56,963 nucleotides of DNA from Pseudomonadota bacterium. Its GTDB lineage: Bacteria > Pseudomonadota > Gammaproteobacteria > Burkholderiales > JABEVD01. This document shows positions 18,245-28,059 of this stretch, in pieces. Under the pieces are notes generated by a model that made no database searches, was not told where the DNA came from, and worked only from the letters and a program-made list of their open reading frames with translations. The translations under genes were made by a program, and so were the position numbers. Where the stretch lies: the NCBI GenBank assembly GCA_021845885.1, contig JAJZVB010000001.1, positions 1 through 56,963 on the forward strand. Direction: 5' to 3'. The first letter of the stretch is position 1; every line of letters begins with the position of its first letter.

Positions 18245-19623
18245 AAAGAATTTTCATGCTATTTGTGCTTTTCTGTTCGGCCTGTTCGCTCGCCCCCGAG
18301 TATCACCGCCCGGCAGTCGATGCCCCGAAGGCCTTCAGCGGCGGCCTTTTCGTGAAGGCAAAACCCGCAGACGATCTGCCGAAAGGGGCATGGTGGAAAA
18401 TTTATACCGATGAAAGCCTCGACAATCTGGAGAGCCAGCTTGAAGGCAACCAGGACCTGAAAGCTGCACTTTCCAGATTGTCGCAGGCGCAAAGCGCGCT
18501 GAAGGCCCAGCGAGCCCTGTTATTCCCTCAGGTGAATGTCGGCGCCGTTTCGCAGAAAATCAATACTTCGCAAAACCGCGCCACCTATTTCAGGGGCATC
18601 CCTTATCGCTACAGCGACAATCTCCTCACCGCTGACGTTTCCTACGAACCTGACGTATTCGGGCGCCTCGCGAACCAGGTGGCTGTTGCACGCCAGCAAA
18701 TGGAGTCGTCCAAAGCGGATCTCGCCACCCTGAGGCTTTCGCTCCAGGCGGAGCTCGCTGCGGATTATTTCACTCTTCAGGCATTGAGGCGGCAGCAGGC
18801 GGCGCTGAGGAATCTGGCTGAAAACGAGGATCAATACCTGAAGCTGACCAGGGCGCTTTATGAAGGCGGCGCAGTTCCTGAGGCTGACGTCGACGAAGCC
18901 GAGATTGCTTTGCAGAACGCTAAAGCGCAGGAACAGGATGCCGAGCTTCAAGCCCAGACTTTGATCCATGCCATAGCCCTCTTGCTCGGCAAGCCTGCCA
19001 CCGGATTTTCTGTTCATACGGAAAATGGAGAGCCCAGGCCCTGGGCAGTCATCTCCCTTCCCTCCAGGCTGCTCGAGCGCCGCCCTGATATCGCCAGTTC
19101 GGAGCGGCAGGTGGAAGCCGCCAATGCCGCGATCGGCGTCGCGAGAGCGGCCTACTTCCCCGAATTCACCTTGAGTGCCCAGGGCGGTTTCGAGAGCGGC
19201 CAGATGGCCAACCTGATCGCCACACCGAGCGAGCTTTGGTCGCTCGGTGCAGGGGCCATGGTCAACCTGTTCGATGCGGGGCTGCGCAAAGCCCTGACCG
19301 AAGAGGCGCGGGCTCGTTACACGGAGACGGTGGCCAACTACAGGCAATCGGTGCTCAATGCCTACAGGGAAGTCGAAGACAGCCTGAGCGCTATCCGTCA
19401 GCTCGAACTGGAGGACAAATCAGGCGAATCAGCCCTGCAATCCGCTTCCAGGGCCGCCGATCAGGCCGGTTTCAGGTATCAGGGTGGAATGGCGAGCTAT
19501 CTCGACGTGGTCACGGCGCAAATTCAGGTGGCTCAGGCGAAACAGCAGCTCGCCCTTCTCCAGGGGAGGCGCATGACGGCCAGCGTCTTGCTGGTGAAGG
19601 CACTGGGGGGTGGTCCCCGATAA
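18241..19623 (+). CDS. Efflux outer-membrane factor lipoprotein (NodT family)
   Basis: Lipobox LFCSACS. Tandem OEP repeats and the RRPDI motif (LLERRPDIASSERQVEAANA). Confidence 0.9.
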   Translation: MKRIFMLFVLFCSACSLAPEYHRPAVDAPKAFSGGLFVKAKPADDLPKGAWWKIYTDESLDNLESQLEGNQDLKAALSRLSQAQSALKAQRALLFPQVNVGAVSQKINTSQNRATYFRGIPYRYSDNLLTADVSYEPDVFGRLANQVAVARQQMESSKADLATLRLSLQAELAADYFTLQALRRQQAALRNLAENEDQYLKLTRALYEGGAVPEADVDEAEIALQNAKAQEQDAELQAQTLIHAIALLLGKPATGFSVHTENGEPRPWAVISLPSRLLERRPDIASSERQVEAANAAIGVARAAYFPEFTLSAQGGFESGQMANLIATPSELWSLGAGAMVNLFDAGLRKALTEEARARYTETVANYRQSVLNAYREVEDSLSAIRQLELEDKSGESALQSASRAADQAGFRYQGGMASYLDVVTAQIQVAQAKQQLALLQGRRMTASVLLVKALGGGPR

Positions 19624-19628
19624 ATGCG

Positions 19629-19664
19629 CCCGATCTGATCTATATTGAAACAGATCAGATCGGG
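19629..19664 (+). promoter_or_regulatory. Perfect 13-bp stem / 10-nt loop hairpin between the OMF gene and htpX
   Basis: cccgatctgatct (19629..19641) pairs with agatcagatcggg (19652..19664). No U-tract follows. The 3' arm overlaps the GGGAG Shine-Dalgarno-like element 8 nt upstream of the htpX ATG at 19672. Confidence 0.6.
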
Positions 19665-19671
19665 AGCCTCA

Positions 19672-20544
19672 ATGAAGCGCATCTTGCTTTTCCTCGTCAC
19701 GAACCTGGCTGTCATGCTGATGCTTTCCGTGACGACGCGTCTCTTCGGCATCGCGCCTTATCTCGCCGCGTCTGGGATCGATCCGAATTTCCTGCTCGTT
19801 TTCGCGGCAGTCATCGGGTTCGGCGGCGCATTCGTTTCGCTCGCCCTCTCGAAGCACATGGCCATGGCTTCAGTCGGGGCCGCGGTCATATCCGAACCGC
19901 ATACCCCGGAGGAATACTGGCTCCTGCAGACGGTGGAAAGTCACGCCAGGGCTGCGGGCATAGGCATGCCGGAAGTGGCGGTCTACGATTCTCCCGATGC
20001 CAATGCATTCGCAACCGGCATGAACAGGGATTCATCCCTCGTTGCCGTATCGACAGGGCTGCTCAACGCCATGACGAGGGAAGAGGCCGAAGCGGTCCTC
20101 GGGCACGAAATCACGCATGTTGCGAACGGGGACATGGTGACCATGGCCCTTATTCAGGGAATCGTGAATACGTTCGTCATCTTTCTCTCCAGAATGATCG
20201 GCACGCTCGTCGACAGGGTCGTATTCAGGACGGAGCGCGGGCAGGGCCCGGCATTTTTCTTCACCATGATCGCATCCGAAGTGGTGCTGGGTGTACTCGC
20301 CACTCTGATCGTGTTGGGGTTCTCGAGGCGGAGGGAATTCAGGGCCGATGCGGGCGGGGCGAAGCTTGCAGGGAGGAGTAACATGATCGATGCATTGAGG
20401 CGCCTGGAACGCCTTCATCCCGCTGCGCTTCCGGACAGGATGGCCGCATTCGGCATTTCCGGGAGCCATGAAGGCGGGATCATGCGTCTTTTCATGACCC
20501 ATCCTCCCATGAGGGAGCGCATTGCCGCGCTCGAAAATGCCTAG
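19672..20544 (+). CDS. htpX: Zinc metalloprotease HtpX (M48)
   Basis: [18 protein letters not shown]..., the HEITH zinc motif ([12 protein letters not shown]) and a C-terminal HPPMRERI. I prefer the start at 19672 over the track start at 19645. Confidence 0.92.
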   Translation: MKRILLFLVTNLAVMLMLSVTTRLFGIAPYLAASGIDPNFLLVFAAVIGFGGAFVSLALSKHMAMASVGAAVISEPHTPEEYWLLQTVESHARAAGIGMPEVAVYDSPDANAFATGMNRDSSLVAVSTGLLNAMTREEAEAVLGHEITHVANGDMVTMALIQGIVNTFVIFLSRMIGTLVDRVVFRTERGQGPAFFFTMIASEVVLGVLATLIVLGFSRRREFRADAGGAKLAGRSNMIDALRRLERLHPAALPDRMAAFGISGSHEGGIMRLFMTHPPMRERIAALENA

Positions 20545-21437
20545 ATCCAGTCGCGTCCGGTGATGAAATCGGTGTAGAGCTTATCTTCCGGGCTGCCGGA
20601 ATCCGGGTGCCAGTCGTAGCGCCATTTCACGATGGGGGGGAGGGACATCAGGATGGATTCGGTTCTTCCCCCGGACTGGAGGCCGAAAAGCGTTCCCCTG
20701 TCGTAAACCAGATTGAATTCGACATAGCGGCCCCGCCTGTAGGCCTGGAAATCCCGCTCACGCTCGCCATAGGGCGCGTCCATCCTGCGCTCGAGTATGG
20801 GCACATAGGCGGAAAGGAAATGGTCCCCCACGCTTTCCGTCAGATTGAAGCTGGTTTCGAAATCGGGGCTGTTGAGGTCGTCGAAGAAGATGCCGCCTAT
20901 TCCCCGCGCTTCCTTCCTGTGCTTCAGATAGAAATACTCGTCGCACCATTTCTTGAATCTGGGATGGTAGTCCGGGCCGAAAGGCTGGAGCGCGTTTTTG
21001 CAGGTCTGGTGGAAATGGATGGCGTCTTCCTCGAATCCGTAATAGGGGGTGAGATCCATTCCTCCCCCGAACCACCATACCGGTTCTTGCCCCTCCTTTT
21101 CCGCAATGAAGAACCGCACGTTCATGTGGACCGTTGGCGCATAGGGATTCCTTGGATGGAATACGAGCGATACGCCCATCGCCTGGAAGGATCTTCCGGC
21201 CAATTCCGGCCTGGACGCAGTGGCCGAGGGGGGAAGACCCTGTCCGAAGACATGGGAGAAATTCACGCCGCCCCGCTCCAGAACATGGCCTTCCTCGATG
21301 ACGCAGGACATCCCTCCGCCCCCTTCCGGACGATTCCAGCCGTCGCGGCGGAACAGCTTTCCGTCCACCTGCTCGATGCGCTCGACGATCAGCTCCTGCA
21401 ATTCGGTGAGGAATTCCTTAACGCCTTCTATGTTCAT
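20541..21437 (-). CDS. hemF: Oxygen-dependent coproporphyrinogen-III oxidase
   Basis: [41 protein letters not shown] and GIGGIFFDD motifs. Confidence 0.95.
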   Translation of the reverse strand: MNIEGVKEFLTELQELIVERIEQVDGKLFRRDGWNRPEGGGGMSCVIEEGHVLERGGVNFSHVFGQGLPPSATASRPELAGRSFQAMGVSLVFHPRNPYAPTVHMNVRFFIAEKEGQEPVWWFGGGMDLTPYYGFEEDAIHFHQTCKNALQPFGPDYHPRFKKWCDEYFYLKHRKEARGIGGIFFDDLNSPDFETSFNLTESVGDHFLSAYVPILERRMDAPYGERERDFQAYRRGRYVEFNLVYDRGTLFGLQSGGRTESILMSLPPIVKWRYDWHPDSGSPEDKLYTDFITGRDWI

Positions 21438-21505
21438 TTATTCACCTTTTCATGACGATCCATGCTGAATTGTACCGCAGAACCTCATTCCCTTCACCGA
21501 TGAAG

Positions 21506-22807
21506 TCAGTTCGATCCGGCCTGGATGTCATCCTGCCGGCCTTTCCTGGGAATTCTCTTGCATAGCGATTCGATGACCAGCCTGGATATTCTCGGGTTAA
21601 AATTCATCAATCCTTCGAACATTTGCGGGGTGAGTGTGAACAAGAAGCAATCCGATTCCGCCAAAACCGTTGCGCTGCGCCGCTCTCCAAGAAGATAAGC
21701 GAGTTCGCCGAATATCTCGCCTTGTTTCACTTCACCTAATCTGATCCGTGCTCCCCGGTTTTCGTCATAGACCCCGACCTTGCCGGAATACAGGAAGTAG
21801 ATCGTCGAGGTGTCGTCATCTTGCCGGATGACGACTTCTCCCTTGCGATAGGAATGACCGTATTTCTCGAAAACCCGCTCGGATCGCTTGAAGAGGAAAT
21901 GCTCGATCTGTTCGGCCAGTTTGCTTCTTTCTTCGGTTTCCAGAAATAGCTTTTCCAGCGCAATCACATCTATTTTGCCGGTGACATAAAGAAATTCGGC
22001 GTACAGCAGGAATACGATGCTGATGACATAGGCCCAGATCATGGCGAAAATGATTGCGCCAAGCGGCCCGTAAACCCGTATATATTGGTCAACCTTGAAA
22101 ATGGTGTTCGTAAGGAACTGCAGCAACGCTATGGACAGCGCGCAAAGAAAGCCGATTCCGATTGCCGAATTGAGCGCCGGCTTCTTGGGAGGAATGAAGT
22201 AATAGGCCAGGAAAGCGATTGCCCAGATCAATAGAAACGGCGCCAGCGCATTGATGAAAGTGAAGATGGATTTCAGGGTTTGAGCGAGGGCCGGGTTATC
22301 GATGCCCGCATAATCCATGTGGACGACAAGATAATCCCCGAGCATAGACAAACCCAGTATCAGGAATGAAAAGGGGATGATCAAAAAAGAAATCATGTTG
22401 ACAGTAAAAAAACGCCTCTTTCTTGAGCCGGCAAATATCACCGTGAATGCCCCTTGAACTGAGCGCATGAGCCCCTTCGAGCTCCAGAACAACACCAGAA
22501 TGCTTACCCAGTTGGTGACCTTGAAGAGCCCGTAAAATTTGTCGGTGCTTCTCGAAAAATCGACATCCATGAAATTGAGGTGCAGCGTGTTGAGCAGGAA
22601 ATAAAGCGCCTCGCTGGGTTCCGGGCTGCCGGAAATGATTGTGTTGAGGATGTAGGCGAGGGGAACGGCGGACAGAAGGAAATAATGCGCCATCGCCGAT
22701 GCGTGATTTGGAATCTCAGTCTTGAAGAAAAGGTTTAACGTGACGTAGGCAGACTGGGAGAGCCAGTTCCCCTTGTCACGAACGAAATGAGAAAAATGGT
22801 TCATCAC
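21506..22807 (-). CDS. YihY/BrkB-family membrane protein fused to a C-terminal cyclic-nucleotide-binding domain
   Basis: The N-terminal ~280 aa is polytopic, with the YihY-like AMAHYFLLSAVPLAYIL. The C-terminal ~130 aa carries the cNMP-binding signature GEIFGELAYLLGERRSATVLA. Confidence 0.75.
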   Translation of the reverse strand: MMNHFSHFVRDKGNWLSQSAYVTLNLFFKTEIPNHASAMAHYFLLSAVPLAYILNTIISGSPEPSEALYFLLNTLHLNFMDVDFSRSTDKFYGLFKVTNWVSILVLFWSSKGLMRSVQGAFTVIFAGSRKRRFFTVNMISFLIIPFSFLILGLSMLGDYLVVHMDYAGIDNPALAQTLKSIFTFINALAPFLLIWAIAFLAYYFIPPKKPALNSAIGIGFLCALSIALLQFLTNTIFKVDQYIRVYGPLGAIIFAMIWAYVISIVFLLYAEFLYVTGKIDVIALEKLFLETEERSKLAEQIEHFLFKRSERVFEKYGHSYRKGEVVIRQDDDTSTIYFLYSGKVGVYDENRGARIRLGEVKQGEIFGELAYLLGERRSATVLAESDCFLFTLTPQMFEGLMNFNPRISRLVIESLCKRIPRKGRQDDIQAGSN

Positions 22808-23250
22808 GGCAGCTGCAAAAGGATCTTGACATCCTTTTCATCCTTGCTTAACTGGTTGGCGCGGATATAGCCAATCGCCCCGGGAATGCTGCGAACGAAA
22901 TTCAGCACGGCCTGGTCCGAAGTCTGAACGGAAGGAGGGAGCTTGCCTTGAAAACGAAGGCGATTCCAGTAATCCGAAAGTTGTTGCGGTGAGAGATTGA
23001 AGATTTCCTTGGAAAATTCTTCCCGCTCCGTGCTCGCCACTTCGCGGTTGACCGGTATTACCTTGATTCCATTAGACCAGTTCTGTTTTTTCATGATGTA
23101 AATGTCAGCCAATTCCTTGACCGATACAGTATTCTCCGGAACAAGCGCCGACGCAATGATCAGCAGCTTTTCGGCACGGGCAGACAGGGCCCATGTCATC
23201 CCCAGAACCAGAAGCAAAGCGCGCCTCAAAATAGGGTCGAGAAAGAGCAT
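22804..23250 (-). CDS. Small periplasmic PstS-like/PBP-like domain protein
   Basis: Signal peptide, then ...VSVKELADIYIMKKQNWSNGIKVIPVNR...SIPGAIGYIRANQL, which resembles the phosphate-binding-protein-like fold. ATGA overlap with the downstream gene. Confidence 0.55.
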   Translation of the reverse strand: MLFLDPILRRALLLVLGMTWALSARAEKLLIIASALVPENTVSVKELADIYIMKKQNWSNGIKVIPVNREVASTEREEFSKEIFNLSPQQLSDYWNRLRFQGKLPPSVQTSDQAVLNFVRSIPGAIGYIRANQLSKDEKDVKILLQLP

Positions 23251-24296
23251 CTCACCCCTGTAAGAATAGGCGCAAATGACGTCGGCATACCTAACTGGCG
23301 GACGTATTCGAATTTCCAGATGATGTATGAATTGGGCTTGAAATCAATGCCGAGCAGCGTATTTCTGGATGGCTGGCTTACAAAGTGATCCTGGTAGCGC
23401 TCCCATTCCACGATTCCGTGCCACTTCGGCGTAAATGAATAATCGGCAAGTCCAAAAATCCCCGATTCATGATCATGCAACCTAAGTGGGGCGCCCGGCA
23501 GCGTCGCGCCGGAAAAACGGGAGGTGATCGCTTCGCTCTCCAGCATCAGATTGCCAATCGTCTTGATGGCATTGAGTCCATACACGGTATACATCTCGCC
23601 AGTTTCGATGAGCTGGCCATGCTGGAAAGATGCACCGATCTTGTCAATCAATCCAAATGGCTTATTGATGTGTGCTCCGGTTACATTGTGGAAGTTTCTC
23701 ACGGTTTCTCGAAGTGGCCGCTTGAACCACTCATTTTCAGGTTGCCAGTATATTTGCAGGTCCGGGGTTTCGCCGTCTTGAAGATCGTATATCCAGTTGA
23801 ATCCGCTTTCATTGGAGTCGAAGCCTTGCGCAGTCGTGTTTGGGCGGGTAATGGTTGGGACAAGCGGCGGGGCAAACACCGTGTTCCAGTCGCCGAGAGG
23901 CGTCAATATCTTGCCTATGCGCAGCGTGTCATGATCGGTCAAAAGCGCATCATTATAGAGCCGCTCGACGACGATGTTGCCGTGGCCGGGATTGCCGTCC
24001 TGACGGATCAGGGTATGATGGGCAAACTCGATTTCCGTGAAGGGATTGAACCATCGCCCTACGCGGCCCCCGATGAAGAAACTGAGGTCATCCAGCGAAA
24101 GTTTTGCTGGCATGCCGAATTGGTCTTCAAGTTCGATGCTGGTATAGCCAGACAAGTAATAATCGCCGTAGCGCAACCCCTGGCCGAATTCATAAGGCAG
24201 CTGCGTTCCCCCGGTGCCCGTGTTATCGGCATCGCATAAGGGTGAGAATAGGAGTCCGAACTGAAGAAGCGCTACCTGAAAAAGTTTGGGGTGCAT
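23226..24296 (-). CDS. Putative outer-membrane beta-barrel protein
   Basis: I prefer the start at M29 (cat at 24294..24296), which gives the signal peptide MHPKLFQVALLQFGLLFSPLCDA. It has alternating aromatic and hydrophilic strands and a C-terminal ...CSFSTLF ending in Phe. Confidence 0.6.
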   Translation of the reverse strand: MHPKLFQVALLQFGLLFSPLCDADNTGTGGTQLPYEFGQGLRYGDYYLSGYTSIELEDQFGMPAKLSLDDLSFFIGGRVGRWFNPFTEIEFAHHTLIRQDGNPGHGNIVVERLYNDALLTDHDTLRIGKILTPLGDWNTVFAPPLVPTITRPNTTAQGFDSNESGFNWIYDLQDGETPDLQIYWQPENEWFKRPLRETVRNFHNVTGAHINKPFGLIDKIGASFQHGQLIETGEMYTVYGLNAIKTIGNLMLESEAITSRFSGATLPGAPLRLHDHESGIFGLADYSFTPKWHGIVEWERYQDHFVSQPSRNTLLGIDFKPNSYIIWKFEYVRQLGMPTSFAPILTGVRCSFSTLF

Positions 24297-24443
24297 GGTC
24301 TTCCATAATCTAGGGCAGTTACTGACATTGGCTTTCCACGATGCGCTGACCGGTCGAAGTCGACAGGCGATGAAGCGCACGGATGCCTCGAATTGCCTCC
24401 CTTCTTGGTTTGTTATGGCTTATTCTTAGAATTATGCGGGTTG

Positions 24444-24986
24444 TTATAGCCTGAAAATTTTACCACTTTTAAAATCCATGATGGTGGATGGGTTTTTTCT
24501 TTTACCCACTTTCCCCGGGATCACGAGGACCTGCCTTCCGAATCTTCTCATGCAATCGCGATAGGTTCTGGCCGGCTTCGTTCCTGAAATGTTGGCGCTC
24601 GTCGAGACGAGCGCCATGGAAAGGGCATTGCAGAGCCTGGAAGCTTCCCGGTGCGCGGTGAGGCGCAATGCCACCTTTTCATGATTGCCCCTGATCCATT
24701 TGGGAGCATGCCCGGATGCATCGAGAAGGAGGGTATAAGGACCGGGCCAATATTTCTCAAGAACCTCTTTTTTCGGAGGATTCAGCATGTAGCGCTCGAG
24801 TTCGCGCATGCGCCCTGCGATCAGGATGAGCCCGCGGCTTTTCCTTCTCTTCTTGATCTTCAGGAGGAGGCTGACGGCGGATTGGTTTTTCGGGTCGCAG
24901 CCCAGGCCGTAACACGATTCGGTGGGATAGGCGATGACCCCCCCCTGCTTGAGATGAAGCTTGATCTTCCTGAGCAGGGCGCTCAT
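24444..24986 (-). CDS. tsaC: L-threonylcarbamoyladenylate synthase, short TsaC/YrdC type
   Basis: GGVIAYPTESCYGLGCDP and ALVSTSANISG motifs in a 180-aa protein. Confidence 0.85.
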   Translation of the reverse strand: MSALLRKIKLHLKQGGVIAYPTESCYGLGCDPKNQSAVSLLLKIKKRRKSRGLILIAGRMRELERYMLNPPKKEVLEKYWPGPYTLLLDASGHAPKWIRGNHEKVALRLTAHREASRLCNALSMALVSTSANISGTKPARTYRDCMRRFGRQVLVIPGKVGKRKNPSTIMDFKSGKIFRL

Positions 24987-26239
24987 TGCCTGTTTGGAAT
25001 CGCCCTGTAGCCGATGTCCTTCCTCATCTGGCAGCCCGGGAAGGAAATGTCTTCAGCCACCTGATAGGCCCGCCTCTGCGCGATCTTGACGCTGTCTCCC
25101 AGCGCCGTGACGCAAAGCACCCGCCCCCCGTTTGTGAGCACCTGCTTTTCTTCCAGTCTCGTTCCGGCATGGAAGACATGGAAATCTTCCTCGTTTTTAG
25201 GAAGGCCTTCGATGACATCCCCCTTCCTGGGGCTTTCCGGGTAGCCTTCTGCAGCCAATACCACGCCGAGCGCCGAACGCCTGTCCCATTCCGCCTCGAT
25301 CCTGTCCAGCGTGCCGTTGACCCCGTGCTCGATCAGAAGGCTGAGATCGGTCTTGAGGCGCATCATGATGGGTTGCGTTTCGGGATCCCCCATCCTGCAA
25401 TTGAATTCCAGGGCCTTCGGATTGCCCGCCCGATCTATCATGAGGCCTGCATAGAGGAACCCGGTATAAGGGATGCCTTCCTGGGCCATGCCGCGCACCA
25501 CGGGCTGTACGATTTCGCGCATCACCCTGGCATGGAGCGAAGGGGTGACCACGGGCGCCGGGGAATAGGCGCCCATTCCGCCCGTATTGGGGCCCATATC
25601 CCCGTCGAGGAGCCGCTTGTGGTCCTGGCTCGTGACGAAGGGGAGGACGTTTTTTCCGTCCACCATGACGATGAAGCTCGCCTCTTCTCCTTCGAGGTAT
25701 TCCTCGATCACCACGCGTCCTCCTCCGGCAAGGATCATGTCGATCGCCGCATGCGCTTCATCGGGATTCATAGCGACCACCACCCCTTTTCCTGCGGCCA
25801 GCCCGTCCGCCTTGATCACGATGGGGGCCCCCATTTCATTGACATACTTGTGGGCTGCATCGATTTCATCGAATTCGGCATAGGCGGCGGTGGGAATGCC
25901 GTGCTTCGTCATGAAGGCTTTCGCATAAGCCTTCGAGCTTTCCAGCCTCGCAGCCGCTTTCAATGGCCCGAAAATTTTCAGTCCTTCGGACCTGAATTCG
26001 TCGACGATGCCTTTGGCGAGCGGCCCTTCAGGCCCCACCACGGTGAGCGCGATTGATTCCCGCTTGGCGAATTCAATCAGGTCGGGTATTTCCGTCAGAT
26101 CGACATTGACGCAGCCTTCATCCAGCGCTGTTCCGGCATTGCCTGGCGCGACATAAACCCGGCTGACTCTTGCCGAACGGGCAAGCTTCCATGCGAGCGC
26201 GTGTTCGCGCCCGCCGTTTCCGATGACAAGGATTTTCAT
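24983..26239 (-). CDS. purD: Phosphoribosylamine--glycine ligase
   Basis: MKILVIGNGGREHALAWKL... The start at 26239 is the internal Met of track ORF 24983..26308 and lies 4 nt after the purH stop. Confidence 0.95.
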   Translation of the reverse strand: MKILVIGNGGREHALAWKLARSARVSRVYVAPGNAGTALDEGCVNVDLTEIPDLIEFAKRESIALTVVGPEGPLAKGIVDEFRSEGLKIFGPLKAAARLESSKAYAKAFMTKHGIPTAAYAEFDEIDAAHKYVNEMGAPIVIKADGLAAGKGVVVAMNPDEAHAAIDMILAGGGRVVIEEYLEGEEASFIVMVDGKNVLPFVTSQDHKRLLDGDMGPNTGGMGAYSPAPVVTPSLHARVMREIVQPVVRGMAQEGIPYTGFLYAGLMIDRAGNPKALEFNCRMGDPETQPIMMRLKTDLSLLIEHGVNGTLDRIEAEWDRRSALGVVLAAEGYPESPRKGDVIEGLPKNEEDFHVFHAGTRLEEKQVLTNGGRVLCVTALGDSVKIAQRRAYQVAEDISFPGCQMRKDIGYRAIPNRQ

Positions 26240-26243
26240 GATT

Positions 26244-27797
26244 TCAATGCCTGAAATGGCGGAAGCCCGTGAAGGCCATGGCGATGCCCTGCTCGTCTGC
26301 TGCGGCAATCACTTCTTCGTCGCGCACGCTGCCCCCGGGCTGGATTACTGCTTTCGCCCCCGCTTTGGCGAGGACGTCCAGCCCGTCCCTGAAGGGGAAG
26401 AAGGCATCCGATGCGACGACTGAACCCGAAAGATCGAGTCCGGCATTTTCGGCCTTAATCGAGGCGATCCTGGCGCTGTCCACGCGGCTCATCTGGCCCG
26501 CCCCGATTCCCAGTGTCTGGCCACCGGATGCGAAAACGATGGCATTGGATTTGACGAATTTTGCGACTTTCCAGGCGAAAAGCAGGTCCTTCATCTGGGC
26601 GTCGGTGGGTTTCATTTTGGTGACGACGCGCATTTCCTGAACATTGTAATGGTCGGGCGTCTGGACCAGGATTCCTCCACCTATACGCTTCAGATCAAAC
26701 CTGTTCGAGCCCTGGGAAAGAGGAACGGAGAGCACCCTGATGTTCGGTTTTCTTCCCAAAACAATCAGGGCTTCTTCAGTGAAACCAGGGGCGATCAGCA
26801 CCTCGACGAACTGCTTGACCACGGATTCGGATGTTTTTCCGTCGACAGTCCTGTTGAAAGCGATGATGCCGCCGAAAGCGGAAGTCGGGTCGGTTTCGAA
26901 GGCGAGGCTGTAGGCTTTCTCTGCCGAATCGGCAGTTGCCACACCGCAGGGATTGGCGTGCTTGACGATCACGCAGGAAGGCCCTTCGAAGGTCTTGACG
27001 CATTCCCACGCGGCGTCCGCATCGCCTATGTTGTTGTAGGAGAGCTCCTTCCCCTGGATCTGCCTGTAGTTCGCAAGGCTTCCCGGCGCGGGCATTTTTT
27101 CCCTGTAGAAGGCTGCGCTCTGGTGCGGGTTTTCTCCATAGCGCAGGTCCTGGATCTTGACGTAATTCAGGTTGATCTGTTCGGGAAATTCCTGTTTTTT
27201 CCCTTCGATGGAGGTCGAGGTCAGGTAGTTGCTGATCGCAGCATCGTAGGCGGCGGTATGGGAAAAGGCTTTCCTGCAAAGAGAGAATCGCATGTCGGGC
27301 CCGACTCCCCCATTTTTCTTCATTTCCTCAATGACAGCCGCATAATCTTCGGGGTCGGTCACGATGGCGACGTGATTGTAGTTCTTGGCGGCCGCCCTCA
27401 CCATGGTGGGACCGCCTATGTCAATGTTTTCTATAGCCTCTTCAAGGGTGCAGCCTTCCCTTGCCACGGTCTGGGAAAAGGGGTAGAGGTTGACGACCAC
27501 GAGATCGATGGGCGGGATTCCCGCCTTTTCCATCATGGCGACATGCTCGGGAAGATCGCGCCTGCCCAATATTCCGCCGTGAATCTTGGGATGCAGAGTT
27601 TTCACTCGCCCGTCGAGCATTTCGGGAAAGCCAGTGTAGTCCCCGACTTCCGTCACCGGTATGCCCGATTCGGAAAGAAGTTTGGCCGTTCCCCCCGTAG
27701 AGAGGATTCTTACGCCCATTTCGTGAAGGGAGGATGCGAATTCTTTGATGCCTGTTTTGTTGGAAACGCTGATCAGCGCCTGAGTGATCGAAGTCAT
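26244..27797 (-). CDS. purH: Bifunctional AICAR transformylase / IMP cyclohydrolase
   Basis: [10 protein letters not shown]...ILSTGGTAK...[13 protein letters not shown] and a C-terminal FRHFRH. Confidence 0.97.
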   Translation of the reverse strand: MTSITQALISVSNKTGIKEFASSLHEMGVRILSTGGTAKLLSESGIPVTEVGDYTGFPEMLDGRVKTLHPKIHGGILGRRDLPEHVAMMEKAGIPPIDLVVVNLYPFSQTVAREGCTLEEAIENIDIGGPTMVRAAAKNYNHVAIVTDPEDYAAVIEEMKKNGGVGPDMRFSLCRKAFSHTAAYDAAISNYLTSTSIEGKKQEFPEQINLNYVKIQDLRYGENPHQSAAFYREKMPAPGSLANYRQIQGKELSYNNIGDADAAWECVKTFEGPSCVIVKHANPCGVATADSAEKAYSLAFETDPTSAFGGIIAFNRTVDGKTSESVVKQFVEVLIAPGFTEEALIVLGRKPNIRVLSVPLSQGSNRFDLKRIGGGILVQTPDHYNVQEMRVVTKMKPTDAQMKDLLFAWKVAKFVKSNAIVFASGGQTLGIGAGQMSRVDSARIASIKAENAGLDLSGSVVASDAFFPFRDGLDVLAKAGAKAVIQPGGSVRDEEVIAAADEQGIAMAFTGFRHFRH

Positions 27798-27822
27798 GAT
27801 GGCGAATCTGTAAGTTGATGAT

Positions 27823-28059
27823 TCAGGAAATATTGAGATCCTGCATTTTTTTTCTGAGCGTGTTTCTGTTCAAGCCGAGCAATTCCGCAGCGCGGGTCTG
27901 ATTGCCCTTGGTATGGCTCAATGCCAGTTCGATCAGGGGTTTTTCCACGCAGCGGATCACCATGTCATAGAGCGCACAGGGTTTTTCCCCCTCGAGGTCG
28001 TTGAAATAGGTTTCCACCGCCTTGCGCACGCTGGTCCCGATGTCGTTTTCCCCTTTCAT
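27823..28059 (-). CDS. fis: DNA-binding protein Fis
   Basis: C-terminal [24 protein letters not shown]. The ATG at 28059 makes an ATGA overlap with the dusB stop. The track start at 28068 is an alternative. Confidence 0.9.
   Translation of the reverse strand: MKGENDIGTSVRKAVETYFNDLEGEKPCALYDMVIRCVEKPLIELALSHTKGNQTRAAELLGLNRNTLRKKMQDLNIS

Noticed and set aside
19236-20381. 381-aa plus-strand ORF bridging the OMF gene end and most of htpX
   Set aside because: It is out of frame with both real genes, extremely Arg/Gly-rich, and would ignore the HEITH protease frame.
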